In this document: positions 54,910 through 64,000 of the stretch, piece after piece
How the letters are laid out: the number at the start of each line of letters is the position of its first letter
Numbering within the stretch: position 1 is the first letter of the stretch
Assembly (NCBI GenBank): GCA_965219455.1
Contig: OZ244744.1
Coordinates: 3,648,001-3,712,000 of the forward strand
From: Candidatus Latescibacterota bacterium
Lineage (GTDB): Bacteria; Latescibacterota; UBA2968; GCA-2709665
DNA length: 64,000 bases
Direction of reading: 5' to 3'
Notes under the pieces: model-generated
Seen by the model: only the letters and a program-made list of their open reading frames with translations
What the model was told of the DNA's origin: nothing
Databases searched by the model: none
Position numbers and translations under genes: made by a program

Positions 54910-57324
54910 ATGAACACCGGGATCCGTGTGTTCGCAGGTCCAGCCACTCTGTTTGCCTGCGTTCTCACTTTGCTTTCCTCTATACATACGCGCGATGTCT
55001 GTGCTCAGCAGACCGGGTCGACAATCCCGCCAGTTATGGCTGGTGACTTCAGTACCTGGCACCTGCCGGATGGCGCCCTTGCCCGCCTGGGCAAGGGACA
55101 CGTCAGTGAAAGCGATCGTACGCTGGCCTTCGCGCCGAATGGCCGGTACTTCGCCCTCGTCGGGTCTGTCGGTGTGTGGTTGTACGAGGTGGAGCCCTCT
55201 CGCCTCATCGCGCTCCTTCCGTCAGAGGAGAATGCATATTCAGTGGCGTTTTCCCCGGATGGATCGACGCTCGCTTCCGGATTATACAGCGGCATGATTG
55301 AGTTATGGGAAGTCGAGACGGGTACGCGGATTGCCACCATTCAAGGACCGAGTTGGATCAAAGTCAATTCGTTGGCGTTTTCTCCCGACGGACGCACCCT
55401 GGCTGCCGGGACAGAGGGCAACGATATTTATCTGTGGGAAGTATCCACGCGAACAGGGTTTGGGACGCTGGATGGGCATAAGGATCCGGTACGCTCGTTG
55501 GCATTTTCGCCAGACGGTTCGATTCTGGCTTCCGGATCCGTGGACAAGCGCGTCAAGCTTTGGGATGTAGCGTCGCGGGAGGAGGTCTACACGTTTTTGG
55601 GCCACACGGACGGGATAAATTCGGTGGCGTTTTCGCGGGACGGATCCACACTCGCTTCAGGTTCCTGGGATAAGACGGTTGTCTTATGGGACGTCGCTGC
55701 CCGAAAGAGGATAACGCGGCTGTCGGGTCACAGTCGTTCTGTGAATTCAATCGCATTGTCCCCCGACGGCACTCTGGCATCCGGGTCTTTTGACGGCACA
55801 ATCGTGATTTGGGATCTGGCGACCCGCAAAAAGATCGCCAGGATGGCGGAGCCTGGCGTTTGGGTTGGGTCGGTGGCGTTTTCACCAGACGGGGGCACGC
55901 TTGTTTCCGTGGCAACCGACGGTGCGGTTTGGGTGCGGAACATTGAGACGGGAAACACAGAGACGATCGCCGGTCACAATAATGCCTTCTCAATGGCGAT
56001 TTCCCCGGATGGGCTTACGCTTGCTGCCGGTGAGGCGGGGGGCGAGATCCAGCTTTGGGACGTGGCAACCCATGATGAGATCGCCAGATTGCGCGGACAA
56101 CCTGGACTGGTACATTCGCTGGCTTTTTCGCCCGACGGGGCACGGTTGGCGGTTGGGGCCCATGACCTGACGATCCAGCTGTGGGACGTAGCGACCGGCA
56201 AAAGGATCACCACATTGAAGGGACATGAGTCATTTATCCTGTCGCTGGCTTTCTCGCCCGACGGAGCCCTGTTGGCTTCCGGTTCAATTGACAGAACGGT
56301 CAAGCTATGGGATCTGGCGAAGCGAATTGATATTGCGACCCTGGATGGACACGCTGACAGGGTTACGTCGGTCGTTTTTTCGCCGGAAGGGTACACCCTG
56401 GCTTCCGGCTCGTATGATGAGACGGTTCAGTTGTGGGACGTGGCGGCGAGAGAGCGAATCGCCATTCTGGACCGGCACACCGGCTTTGTCCGTTCCTTGG
56501 CAATTTCGCCTGACGGGTCTATCCTGGCTTCCGGTGCATCTGACAATAAAATCCTGCTGTGGGACGTCGAGGCCGGAGAAGAGATCTCCGCGCTTGAGGG
56601 GCATGGGCAAGAGATCCGTTCAGTGGCGTTTTCGTCTGACGGGTCTACGCTGGCTGCCAGCGAGGTTGGAGGGGCGATTCAGCTTTGGGACACGACTGTG
56701 GGAGAAAGGATTGCCAATCTGGGCGGTCGCAACGGTTCGGTCAACTCCGTTGTGTTCTTGAACGACGGAGCGACCCTGGCTTCTCTCTCCTGGGACGGTA
56801 CCGTGCTGCTCTGGGATATGCGGGTTTTCCTGCCCTGGCCACATGCATTGGAGATTGTCTCGGGCGATGATCAGGAAGCGTTGCTGGGTTTGCAGGTGGC
56901 GCAGCCGCTTGCTGTTCTGGTAAGGGATCAGTATGGTGCTCCCCTTGAGGGAGCTCGGGTCAGATTTGCTGTTGTCTCCGGGAGTGGAACACTTGCCGAA
57001 GAGAACGCGGTGACGAATTGGAGTGGCCGGTCTTCAAGCACGTTAAGGGTTGGACGGGAACTGGGTACGATCACTGTCGAGGTGACCGTCGTAGGGATGG
57101 AACAGTCCAAGACCTTCGTCATCAGAGCCGTACCTTCGCCCGACTTTAATCTCGACGGCGCCGTAGATTTTTCCGACTTTCTGGCGTTTGCTTCCGTATT
57201 CGGACTGAATCAGACCGACCAGGGCTTTGACCCGCTGTACGATTTGGACGAGGATGGGTCCATCGGCTTCGGGGATTTTTTGATGATTGTCAGGGCATTT
57301 GGTAAAGAACCGACGATTAATTGA
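54910..57324 (+). CDS. Secreted WD40-repeat protein with Ig-like and dockerin/EF-hand-like C-terminus
   Basis: Signal peptide; WHLPDGALARLGKG; about 13-14 GH...SVAFSPDG.LASGS.D.TV.LWD repeats; IVSGDDQE...; PDFNLDGAVDFSDF. Confidence 0.92.
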   Translation: MNTGIRVFAGPATLFACVLTLLSSIHTRDVCAQQTGSTIPPVMAGDFSTWHLPDGALARLGKGHVSESDRTLAFAPNGRYFALVGSVGVWLYEVEPSRLIALLPSEENAYSVAFSPDGSTLASGLYSGMIELWEVETGTRIATIQGPSWIKVNSLAFSPDGRTLAAGTEGNDIYLWEVSTRTGFGTLDGHKDPVRSLAFSPDGSILASGSVDKRVKLWDVASREEVYTFLGHTDGINSVAFSRDGSTLASGSWDKTVVLWDVAARKRITRLSGHSRSVNSIALSPDGTLASGSFDGTIVIWDLATRKKIARMAEPGVWVGSVAFSPDGGTLVSVATDGAVWVRNIETGNTETIAGHNNAFSMAISPDGLTLAAGEAGGEIQLWDVATHDEIARLRGQPGLVHSLAFSPDGARLAVGAHDLTIQLWDVATGKRITTLKGHESFILSLAFSPDGALLASGSIDRTVKLWDLAKRIDIATLDGHADRVTSVVFSPEGYTLASGSYDETVQLWDVAARERIAILDRHTGFVRSLAISPDGSILASGASDNKILLWDVEAGEEISALEGHGQEIRSVAFSSDGSTLAASEVGGAIQLWDTTVGERIANLGGRNGSVNSVVFLNDGATLASLSWDGTVLLWDMRVFLPWPHALEIVSGDDQEALLGLQVAQPLAVLVRDQYGAPLEGARVRFAVVSGSGTLAEENAVTNWSGRSSSTLRVGRELGTITVEVTVVGMEQSKTFVIRAVPSPDFNLDGAVDFSDFLAFASVFGLNQTDQGFDPLYDLDEDGSIGFGDFLMIVRAFGKEPTIN

Positions 57325-57457
57325 AACAAGGATCGGACACGCGGCGGGAAAGATGGCCGGAGCGAGGATCCGACCAACACTTGAATAAGCTCTGATAAGC
57401 CACCGGACGAGGCACCATTTAACCGCAAATGGCACGTCACACAATCCCGTATTTCAG

Positions 57458-59536
57458 ATGAAAAAGGTCAGCTTGTTTACCCACGCTATGGTTTTGGCCG
57501 GCGTTTTATTTGCGCAAGCCAGCGATTCGCGGGGATACACCCGATGGAATTTGCCCGAAGGCGCAATCGCTCGCCTGGGTAAGGGATATACTTTCTTCGG
57601 CGACCGTTCAGTAGCTTTCTCACCGGATGGGGCGCGTCTGGCGGTAGGCAGTACCATCGGTGTCTGGCTATACGAAACCCACACCGGTGCCGAAGTTGCC
57701 CTGTTTACGGAGGGTGGCTGGGTCACTTCGGTGTCATTTTCGCCGGATGGGAAGACCCTCGCTTCGGGATTAGCGGACGGTACGGTACGTTTGTGGGACG
57801 TCTCCGCACGTATAACAGCCGCCATCCTCGAGGGGCATGCGTCTTGGGTCTGGACTGTGTCGTTTTCGCCGAATGGGAGGACTCTCGCTTCAGGTTCGGT
57901 TGATGGAACGGTGCGATTGTGGGACGTCTCCACGGGAACGATCGCCGCCGTTCTTGTGGGCCATGCAGGTCCGGTGTGGTCGGTATCGTTTTCGCCGGAT
58001 GGGAAGACCCTCGTTTCCGGTTCTCGGGATAAAACGGTGCGGATGTGGGACATTTCCACGGGAAGGACGATTGCCATCTTTGAAGGACACGAGGAGACGG
58101 TCCATTCTGTATCGTTTTCACCGGACGGGAGGACTCTCGCTTCCGGATCCTATGACAAGACGGTGCGTTTGTGGGACGTATCGACGGGTGCAACCAACGT
58201 CATCATTGAAGGGCTAACGTCTTGGGTCAGGTCGGTATCGTTTTCGCCGGATGGTAAGAAGCTTGCTACCGGGTCCAGGGATGGCAAAGTGGTATTGTGG
58301 GACGCAGCGAGCGGCGGGGTCAGGGGCGTATTGTGGTATACGTATGAAGTCATTTCGGTTGTGTTTTCGCCGGACGGAACCACACTTGCCGCCGCGGCCA
58401 CTGGTGAAAGGGACGATACGGTGCGTTTGCTGGACGTGGCTACGGGAGCAACCAGGATTGTCCTTGAAGGTCATATGTATTGGGTCTGGTCGGTGTCGTT
58501 TTCACCGGATGGGACGACTCTAGCGTCCGGCCCAAGGGATGGCAAGGTGCGCTTGTGGGACGTAGCCACACGAGAAACAACCGCGATCGTCGACCGGCAT
58601 GTCTATTCGGTTTATTCAGTGTTGTTTTCACCGGATGGGAGAACTCTCGCTTTCGCGTCACGGGATGCGACGGTGCGGTTGTGGGACGTGGCGACCGAAT
58701 CGACGACCGCCATTCTTGTTGCCATGGGCAGACGCAGCACATTCAAATCTGTGTCGTTTTCTCCGGATGGTAAGATTCTTGCTTCCGGATCGGAAGGTGG
58801 CAACGTGCACCTGTGGGAGGTAGCAACCGGAGCGACAATTGACGTTCTTGAAGGGCATAGTTGGTATGTTGAGTCAGTTTCGTTTTCACCGGATGGGAAG
58901 ACTGTCGCATCCGGCTCATGGGATGAGACCGTGCGTTTGTGGGACGTCGCTACGGGAGAAGCCGATGCCATTCTTGAAGGACATAAGGGATATGTGTTTT
59001 CGGTGTCGTTTTCACCGGATGGAAGGACTGTCGCATCCGGCTCCTCGGACAAGACGGTGCGTTTGTGGGACGTGGAAACGGGAACAACCACCGCCATCCT
59101 TGGAGGCCATACGGAGCCTGTCATTTCGGTTTCATTCTCGCCGGACGGTACCACCCTTGCATCCGGTTCGAACGACAACGACGTGCGTTTGTGGGATGTA
59201 GCAACGGGAGCGACCACCGATATTCTTAAGGGCCATTCACATAGGGTTACCTCCGTGTCGTTTTCGCGGGACGGAACAACCCTCGCTTCCGGTTCCGGCG
59301 ACGGCACGATTCTGCTGTGGGATATGTCGCTCTACATCGCACCTCAAACCGCTGGCCCCGATTTTGATCGGGACGGCGCCGTTGGTTTTGGCGATTTTGT
59401 CGCGTTTGCGTCCGTGTTCGGGTTTGAAAAGGGCGACACCGGATTCGACGCACGGTTCGATTTAGATGGCGATGGGACCATCGGGTTTGGTGATTTTCTG
59501 ATCTTCGCCAACGCCTTCGGCAGAAAACGGTCGTAG
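57458..59536 (+). CDS. Secreted WD40-repeat protein with dockerin/EF-hand-like C-terminus
   Basis: WNLPEGAIARLGKG; highly regular WD40 repeats; PDFDRDGAVGFGDF; no Ig module. Confidence 0.92.
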   Translation: MKKVSLFTHAMVLAGVLFAQASDSRGYTRWNLPEGAIARLGKGYTFFGDRSVAFSPDGARLAVGSTIGVWLYETHTGAEVALFTEGGWVTSVSFSPDGKTLASGLADGTVRLWDVSARITAAILEGHASWVWTVSFSPNGRTLASGSVDGTVRLWDVSTGTIAAVLVGHAGPVWSVSFSPDGKTLVSGSRDKTVRMWDISTGRTIAIFEGHEETVHSVSFSPDGRTLASGSYDKTVRLWDVSTGATNVIIEGLTSWVRSVSFSPDGKKLATGSRDGKVVLWDAASGGVRGVLWYTYEVISVVFSPDGTTLAAAATGERDDTVRLLDVATGATRIVLEGHMYWVWSVSFSPDGTTLASGPRDGKVRLWDVATRETTAIVDRHVYSVYSVLFSPDGRTLAFASRDATVRLWDVATESTTAILVAMGRRSTFKSVSFSPDGKILASGSEGGNVHLWEVATGATIDVLEGHSWYVESVSFSPDGKTVASGSWDETVRLWDVATGEADAILEGHKGYVFSVSFSPDGRTVASGSSDKTVRLWDVETGTTTAILGGHTEPVISVSFSPDGTTLASGSNDNDVRLWDVATGATTDILKGHSHRVTSVSFSRDGTTLASGSGDGTILLWDMSLYIAPQTAGPDFDRDGAVGFGDFVAFASVFGFEKGDTGFDARFDLDGDGTIGFGDFLIFANAFGRKRS

Positions 59537-59680
59537 AGTCGGCGTTGTGTATAAAGCGAGTGAATCCTTCAACCGAGATTGGCCGGAATCTGAAAGGATG
59601 GGTCTACCAGTGATCCGGGCCTTGCGCCTGACCATTGGCAGGATGAGTGAAATCCGGTCTATATTACACAGGGCATCGTA

Positions 59681-62104
59681 ATGAACCGCCGAGCACTTTT
59701 TACCACCGCGCTGGAATGGTTCATCGCCTGCCAAATTGCGTTTCCATTCGCTTTGATTCCAGGCGACGCCTTCGGTCAGAAGACACAGGCGCGTGTCCAC
59801 GTAACTCCTGATGATGACTATCGAAATTGGCAATTGCCCGGCGGCGCAATGGTCCGCCTGGGAAAAGGTCACCTTGCTCAACGAAACACGCCATTTGCCT
59901 ACTCAGCGGATGGTCGAACTCTTGCCGTGGCGAGTAGTATAGGCATCTGGCTTTACGATGTAGCCACCACTCGTGCTCTTGCGCTGTTACCCACTGAACA
60001 TAGAGTCCAGGCCGTCTCGTTTTCGCCTGACGGGATGACCCTCGCGTCCGGGGAAAGCAGAACCGTCAAACTGTGGGACGTGACGGCAAGGAGCCACATC
60101 AGGTCCCTCGAGCATCTGAAAACGGTCTCTTCCATATCATTTTCGTCCGACGGCACGTTTCTGGCGTCCGCGGTGTACAGAGACGTCATAATTTGGGAGG
60201 TAGAGACGGGTAAACAGGTCGCCTCGCTTGCGCACCAAAAACGCGTCACAGCGGTTCTTTGTTCTCCCATCGGGACGATTCTCGCGACCAGTCAGGGTAG
60301 AGACGTGAACATGTGGGATTTGGCTACCAGAGAACAGATCGCCACATTTAAACATCCGAAATGGGTCACTGCGATTTCATTTTCGCCCGGTGGCTCGACC
60401 CTGGTTTCGGGTTCAGATGATTCGAAGATCAGGTTGTGGGACGTGGCCACAGAACAACAGATCGGTATTTTCAGGCATGAGAGTTCGGTCACTTCGGTAT
60501 CTTATTCTCCCGATGGTTCGACCCTCGCTGCGGGCGCATACAATAAGAAGGTTAAGCTCTGGGACGTGGCGACGAGGAACCATACCGCCACCCTGGAGCA
60601 CCTGGGAACGGTGTCTTCGTTGTTGTATACGGAAGTGCTGTTTTCTCCCGACGGCTCGACCCTGGCTACGGGATCTCTTGATGGCACATTAAGGCTCTGG
60701 GATGTCGAGGCGAGAAATGCGGCTACGATTGAGGGGCATGTAAAAGCGGGCCGGTCCGTTTCATTTTCTCCTGACGGTTCGACCCTCGTAATGGGGCTAA
60801 GAGACGGCAAGATCAAACTGTGGGACGTAGATAAAGGAACTGTTGTTACGATTCAAGGACATGCCCGGGGAGTACGTTCCGTGTCGTTTTCGCCCGATGG
60901 GGCTTCGCTTGTTTCCGGGTCAAGCGATAAGACCATCAAGCAATGGGATCTGGCCACAAGAGAACACGTCGCAACCTTTGTGGGGCATACAGGACCGGTT
61001 AATTCGGTTTCATATTCATCCGACGCAACTATGTTGGCGTCCGGTTCAGCTGATAAAACGGTCAGGCTGTGGGACGTTGAAACAAGAATGCAGATCGCCT
61101 CTTTTGAATGGCATACGAGAACGGTAAACTCTGTTTCTTTTTCTCCAGATGGGGCGTTCGTCGCTTCTGCATCCGGAGATGAAACGGTCAAGCTGTGGGA
61201 CGTGGCGACCAGAGAACAGGTCGCCACGTTCGATGCCCATTCTTCACTTGTCCTCTCCGTGGCATTTTCGCCCGACGGGGCGACTATCGCTTCCGCGTCG
61301 GCCGATAGGACGGTCAGGATATGGGATGTAGCGAAGAGAAGACACATCGCTACCCTTGCGCTTTCCGGACCGCTGGAGTCCGGGCCAATCGAGAGCCCGA
61401 CGGTAGTATTTTCCCCAAATGGTGCAACACTTGCTTCCGGGTCAAGTGGTGGAACAGTATCTCTGTGGAACACGTCGACAAGAAAAGAGATCGCCGCCTT
61501 CTCGGGGCACACGAGGCAAGTCACGTCTTTGTCATTTTCGCCCAACGGGAACATCCTCGCTTCAGGATCTTACGACGGCACCGTTCTGGTGTGGGATCTG
61601 CAGAGTTCCCCACGCAGGCCATATACATTCGTGAAGGTCTCAGGCAAGAAACAGGAAGGTGTGGTTGGTTCGCGGTTGACGAAGCCGTTTGTCGTGATCG
61701 TACGGGATCAATTCGGAGATCCGTTGCCGAACGCACAAGTCAGGTTCGTCGTTGTCTCGGGAACAGGGACTCTGGCCGTCGAGCGTACATTGACGGGCTC
61801 GGATGGACGGGCAGCCAGCAGGTTGACGTTAGGACGGGAACCGGGCGAAATCACGGTTGAGGTAACCGTCGCAGGATTCGAACATTTCCTCACCTATGTC
61901 GTAAAGGCATTGCCTTCGCCCGACTTCGATGGCGACGGCGTGGTCGGATTTGGCGATTTCGTGCAATTCGCACCGTTGTTTGGAATAGGTCAGGACGAAG
62001 CAGGATTCGACCCACGGTACGATCTGGATGAGGACGGGAGAATCGGATTTGGAGATTTCGTGATCTTTGCCAAAGCATTCGGTAAAGAAGCAACATCAAT
62101 CTGA
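59681..62104 (+). CDS. Secreted WD40-repeat protein with Ig-like and dockerin/EF-hand-like C-terminus
   Basis: WQLPGGAMVRLGKG; WD40 repeats; KVSGKKQEG...; PDFDGDGVVGFGDF. Confidence 0.92.
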   Translation: MNRRALFTTALEWFIACQIAFPFALIPGDAFGQKTQARVHVTPDDDYRNWQLPGGAMVRLGKGHLAQRNTPFAYSADGRTLAVASSIGIWLYDVATTRALALLPTEHRVQAVSFSPDGMTLASGESRTVKLWDVTARSHIRSLEHLKTVSSISFSSDGTFLASAVYRDVIIWEVETGKQVASLAHQKRVTAVLCSPIGTILATSQGRDVNMWDLATREQIATFKHPKWVTAISFSPGGSTLVSGSDDSKIRLWDVATEQQIGIFRHESSVTSVSYSPDGSTLAAGAYNKKVKLWDVATRNHTATLEHLGTVSSLLYTEVLFSPDGSTLATGSLDGTLRLWDVEARNAATIEGHVKAGRSVSFSPDGSTLVMGLRDGKIKLWDVDKGTVVTIQGHARGVRSVSFSPDGASLVSGSSDKTIKQWDLATREHVATFVGHTGPVNSVSYSSDATMLASGSADKTVRLWDVETRMQIASFEWHTRTVNSVSFSPDGAFVASASGDETVKLWDVATREQVATFDAHSSLVLSVAFSPDGATIASASADRTVRIWDVAKRRHIATLALSGPLESGPIESPTVVFSPNGATLASGSSGGTVSLWNTSTRKEIAAFSGHTRQVTSLSFSPNGNILASGSYDGTVLVWDLQSSPRRPYTFVKVSGKKQEGVVGSRLTKPFVVIVRDQFGDPLPNAQVRFVVVSGTGTLAVERTLTGSDGRAASRLTLGREPGEITVEVTVAGFEHFLTYVVKALPSPDFDGDGVVGFGDFVQFAPLFGIGQDEAGFDPRYDLDEDGRIGFGDFVIFAKAFGKEATSI

Positions 62105-62227
62105 CGTGTCTGACGAAAGGGCTGCGATTTGTCGGCAACATGGCCGACGATCGCACCGAGTCGGGGAAGTTCACGCACCAGCGGTTTTCTGAGTAAAATG
62201 TCCGTTGCTTAAATGGAAGCTAACCTA

Positions 62228-64000
62228 ATGAACCATAGATTCTCTTTAATGGCTGGTATTCCGGGGTTGATTGGCTGTATTGCCGCGTTTTTGTACGTCC
62301 CCTGTCCTGGCGACGCGTACGCGCAGCAAAACCAGACCCCATTCCCGCCGAACATGGGTCCTGATCTTCGAAAATGGCAACTGCCCGGCGGCGCAATGAT
62401 CCGCCTGGGAAAAGGACACCTTCCGTTACGCAAGAACCCGTTTGCCTTTTCAACGGACGGCCGGATCCTCGCAGTGGCAAGCAGCATCGGCATCTGGCTC
62501 TACGATGTAACGACCTTTCGTCCTCGTGCCCTGTTACCCACTGCGTTCAAAGCAGAATCTGTGTCTATCGCTCCGGACGGAACGGCCGTTGCTGCCGGGG
62601 AGGGCAGAACCGTCAAGATTTGGGACGTGGCGACAGGAGATCATTTCGCCTCCTACGTGCATCTGGTCCCGGTTGCTTCGGTGTCGTTTTCGCCCGATTG
62701 GTTGACCTTCGCGTCGGCGGTGGACGTAACCGCGAAAATATGGGACGTAGCGAGCGGGAAACAGATCGCTTCGTTTGAGCATCCGAGCCTGGTCAATTCG
62801 GTGTTGTATTCTCCCGTTGGGACAATTCTCGCGACAAGGGAGTACTTTACTGTGAGGCTGTGGGATGTGGCGACTGGAAAGCAGAAAGCCACTCTCGAGC
62901 ATCCGCGAGCTGTCACTTCGGTGTCGTTTTCTCCCGATGGCGCGATCGTGGCCACGGTTGGGTACGATTCGAAGATCAGGCTGTGGGACGTGGCGACAGG
63001 GCAACAGACCGGCACCCTTGGAAACTCGTCAGCGGTCGCCTATGCGTCGTTTTCTCCCGATGGATTGACACTTGCTGCAGGCACATATAGCAGCAACGTC
63101 GTTCTTTGGGACGTTGCGTCAGGGAGCGAAATCGACACGCTTGAGCATCTGACCACAGTACCGTCGTTCCTGTTCAACGCGGTTTTGTTTTCTCCCGACG
63201 GGTCCAGCCTTGCATCGGGAACTTCCGATGGCACGGTCAGGCTCTGGGACGTCGGGACGGGAGAATTCGAGACCATTGACGGGCACGTGCGGGTGGGTCA
63301 GTCCGTGTCGTTTTCTCCGGACGGGTCTACTCTCGCCATGGGATCGAGTGATGGCAAGGTCCGGCTGTGGAATGCAAAGACAGGGAGTACTGACACCATT
63401 GAGCCGCATCTGAGATCCGTCCAATCCGTGTCTTTTTCGCCAGATGGGACGACACTGGCTTCGGGGTCAGAGGAGCTGGCGGTCAAGCTCTGGGACGTGG
63501 CGACAAATGAACACGTTACCTCCTTTGTGGGACACAACGGATTCATTAATTCGGTGTCCTTTTCGCCCGACGGGGATGTCTTAGCTACCGGATCAGACGA
63601 CAAAACGGTCAAGCTGTGGGACGTGGAAACAGGAGGGCAGATCGCCAGCTTTGAATGGCATACAAGAACCGTCAATTCGGTGTCGTTCTCGCCTGATGGG
63701 GCGATCGTCGCTTCCGCGTCAGACGATGAGACGGTCAAGCTGTGGGACGTGGCGGAAAAAAAGCAGATCACCACGCTCGACGCGCATACTTCCCTGGTCC
63801 TTTCGGTGTCGTTCTCGCCCGATGGGAACATCCTCGCTTCCGCGTCACGCGATAGAACGGTCAGGCTATGGGATGTGGCAACGGGAGAACAGATTGCTAG
63901 ATTTGTGCATACTGGACCCCGCGAGTCCGGACCGATCCAGAGCCCGACCGTCGCGTTTTCGCCGAATGGCGCTGTTCTTGCTTCCGGTTCAGGTGGAGGT
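62228..64000 (+). CDS. Secreted WD40-repeat protein, truncated by the window end (absent from ORF track)
   Basis: MNHRFSLMAG...AYAQQ...WQLPGGAMIRLGKG; the same frame gives WD40 sequence at 62882 and ends FSPNGAVLASGSGGG at 64000; close paralogue of 59681-62104. Confidence 0.9.
   Translation, partial: MNHRFSLMAGIPGLIGCIAAFLYVPCPGDAYAQQNQTPFPPNMGPDLRKWQLPGGAMIRLGKGHLPLRKNPFAFSTDGRILAVASSIGIWLYDVTTFRPRALLPTAFKAESVSIAPDGTAVAAGEGRTVKIWDVATGDHFASYVHLVPVASVSFSPDWLTFASAVDVTAKIWDVASGKQIASFEHPSLVNSVLYSPVGTILATREYFTVRLWDVATGKQKATLEHPRAVTSVSFSPDGAIVATVGYDSKIRLWDVATGQQTGTLGNSSAVAYASFSPDGLTLAAGTYSSNVVLWDVASGSEIDTLEHLTTVPSFLFNAVLFSPDGSSLASGTSDGTVRLWDVGTGEFETIDGHVRVGQSVSFSPDGSTLAMGSSDGKVRLWNAKTGSTDTIEPHLRSVQSVSFSPDGTTLASGSEELAVKLWDVATNEHVTSFVGHNGFINSVSFSPDGDVLATGSDDKTVKLWDVETGGQIASFEWHTRTVNSVSFSPDGAIVASASDDETVKLWDVAEKKQITTLDAHTSLVLSVSFSPDGNILASASRDRTVRLWDVATGEQIARFVHTGPRESGPIQSPTVAFSPNGAVLASGSGGG

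Noticed and set aside
54910-64000. Diversity-generating retroelement acting on the WD40 genes
   Set aside because: No reverse transcriptase, no non-coding template repeat, and differences are not adenine-specific.

Overview
High-GC bacterial DNA. A PorV-family gene, a GWxTD-type protein, a CarboxypepD_reg-type TonB receptor, DUF6785-like transporters and many WD40/dockerin-like proteins suggest an uncultured FCB-superphylum organism, possibly Latescibacterota-like and host-associated (inference). In order, the window holds: (1) an oligopeptide-type ABC operon whose oppF is separated from oppBCD by a PL26-like gene and an AT-rich islet, followed by a double amidohydrolase; (2) an outer-membrane locus with no recognisable SusD (beta-barrel, dihaem temptin-like protein, TBDR, T9SS-like cargo, PorV, TPR-GWxTD); (3) two paralogous modules of BHMT-like methyltransferase, GH109-like NAD-dependent enzyme and DUF6785-like transporter, with one methyltransferase lacking all Zn-binding cysteines; (4) an S8 plus HEXXH dual protease; (5) a DegT/Gfo operon with four hypothetical genes, one nucleotidyltransferase-like; (6) a toxin-antitoxin/ATPase islet bracketed by diverged direct repeats; (7) four tandem secreted WD40 proteins. 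There are several MITE/REP-like elements, and one family supplies stop codons to two host genes. No rRNA, tRNA, CRISPR array, integrase or transposase was recognised. All family assignments are by eye from motifs, not from database searches.
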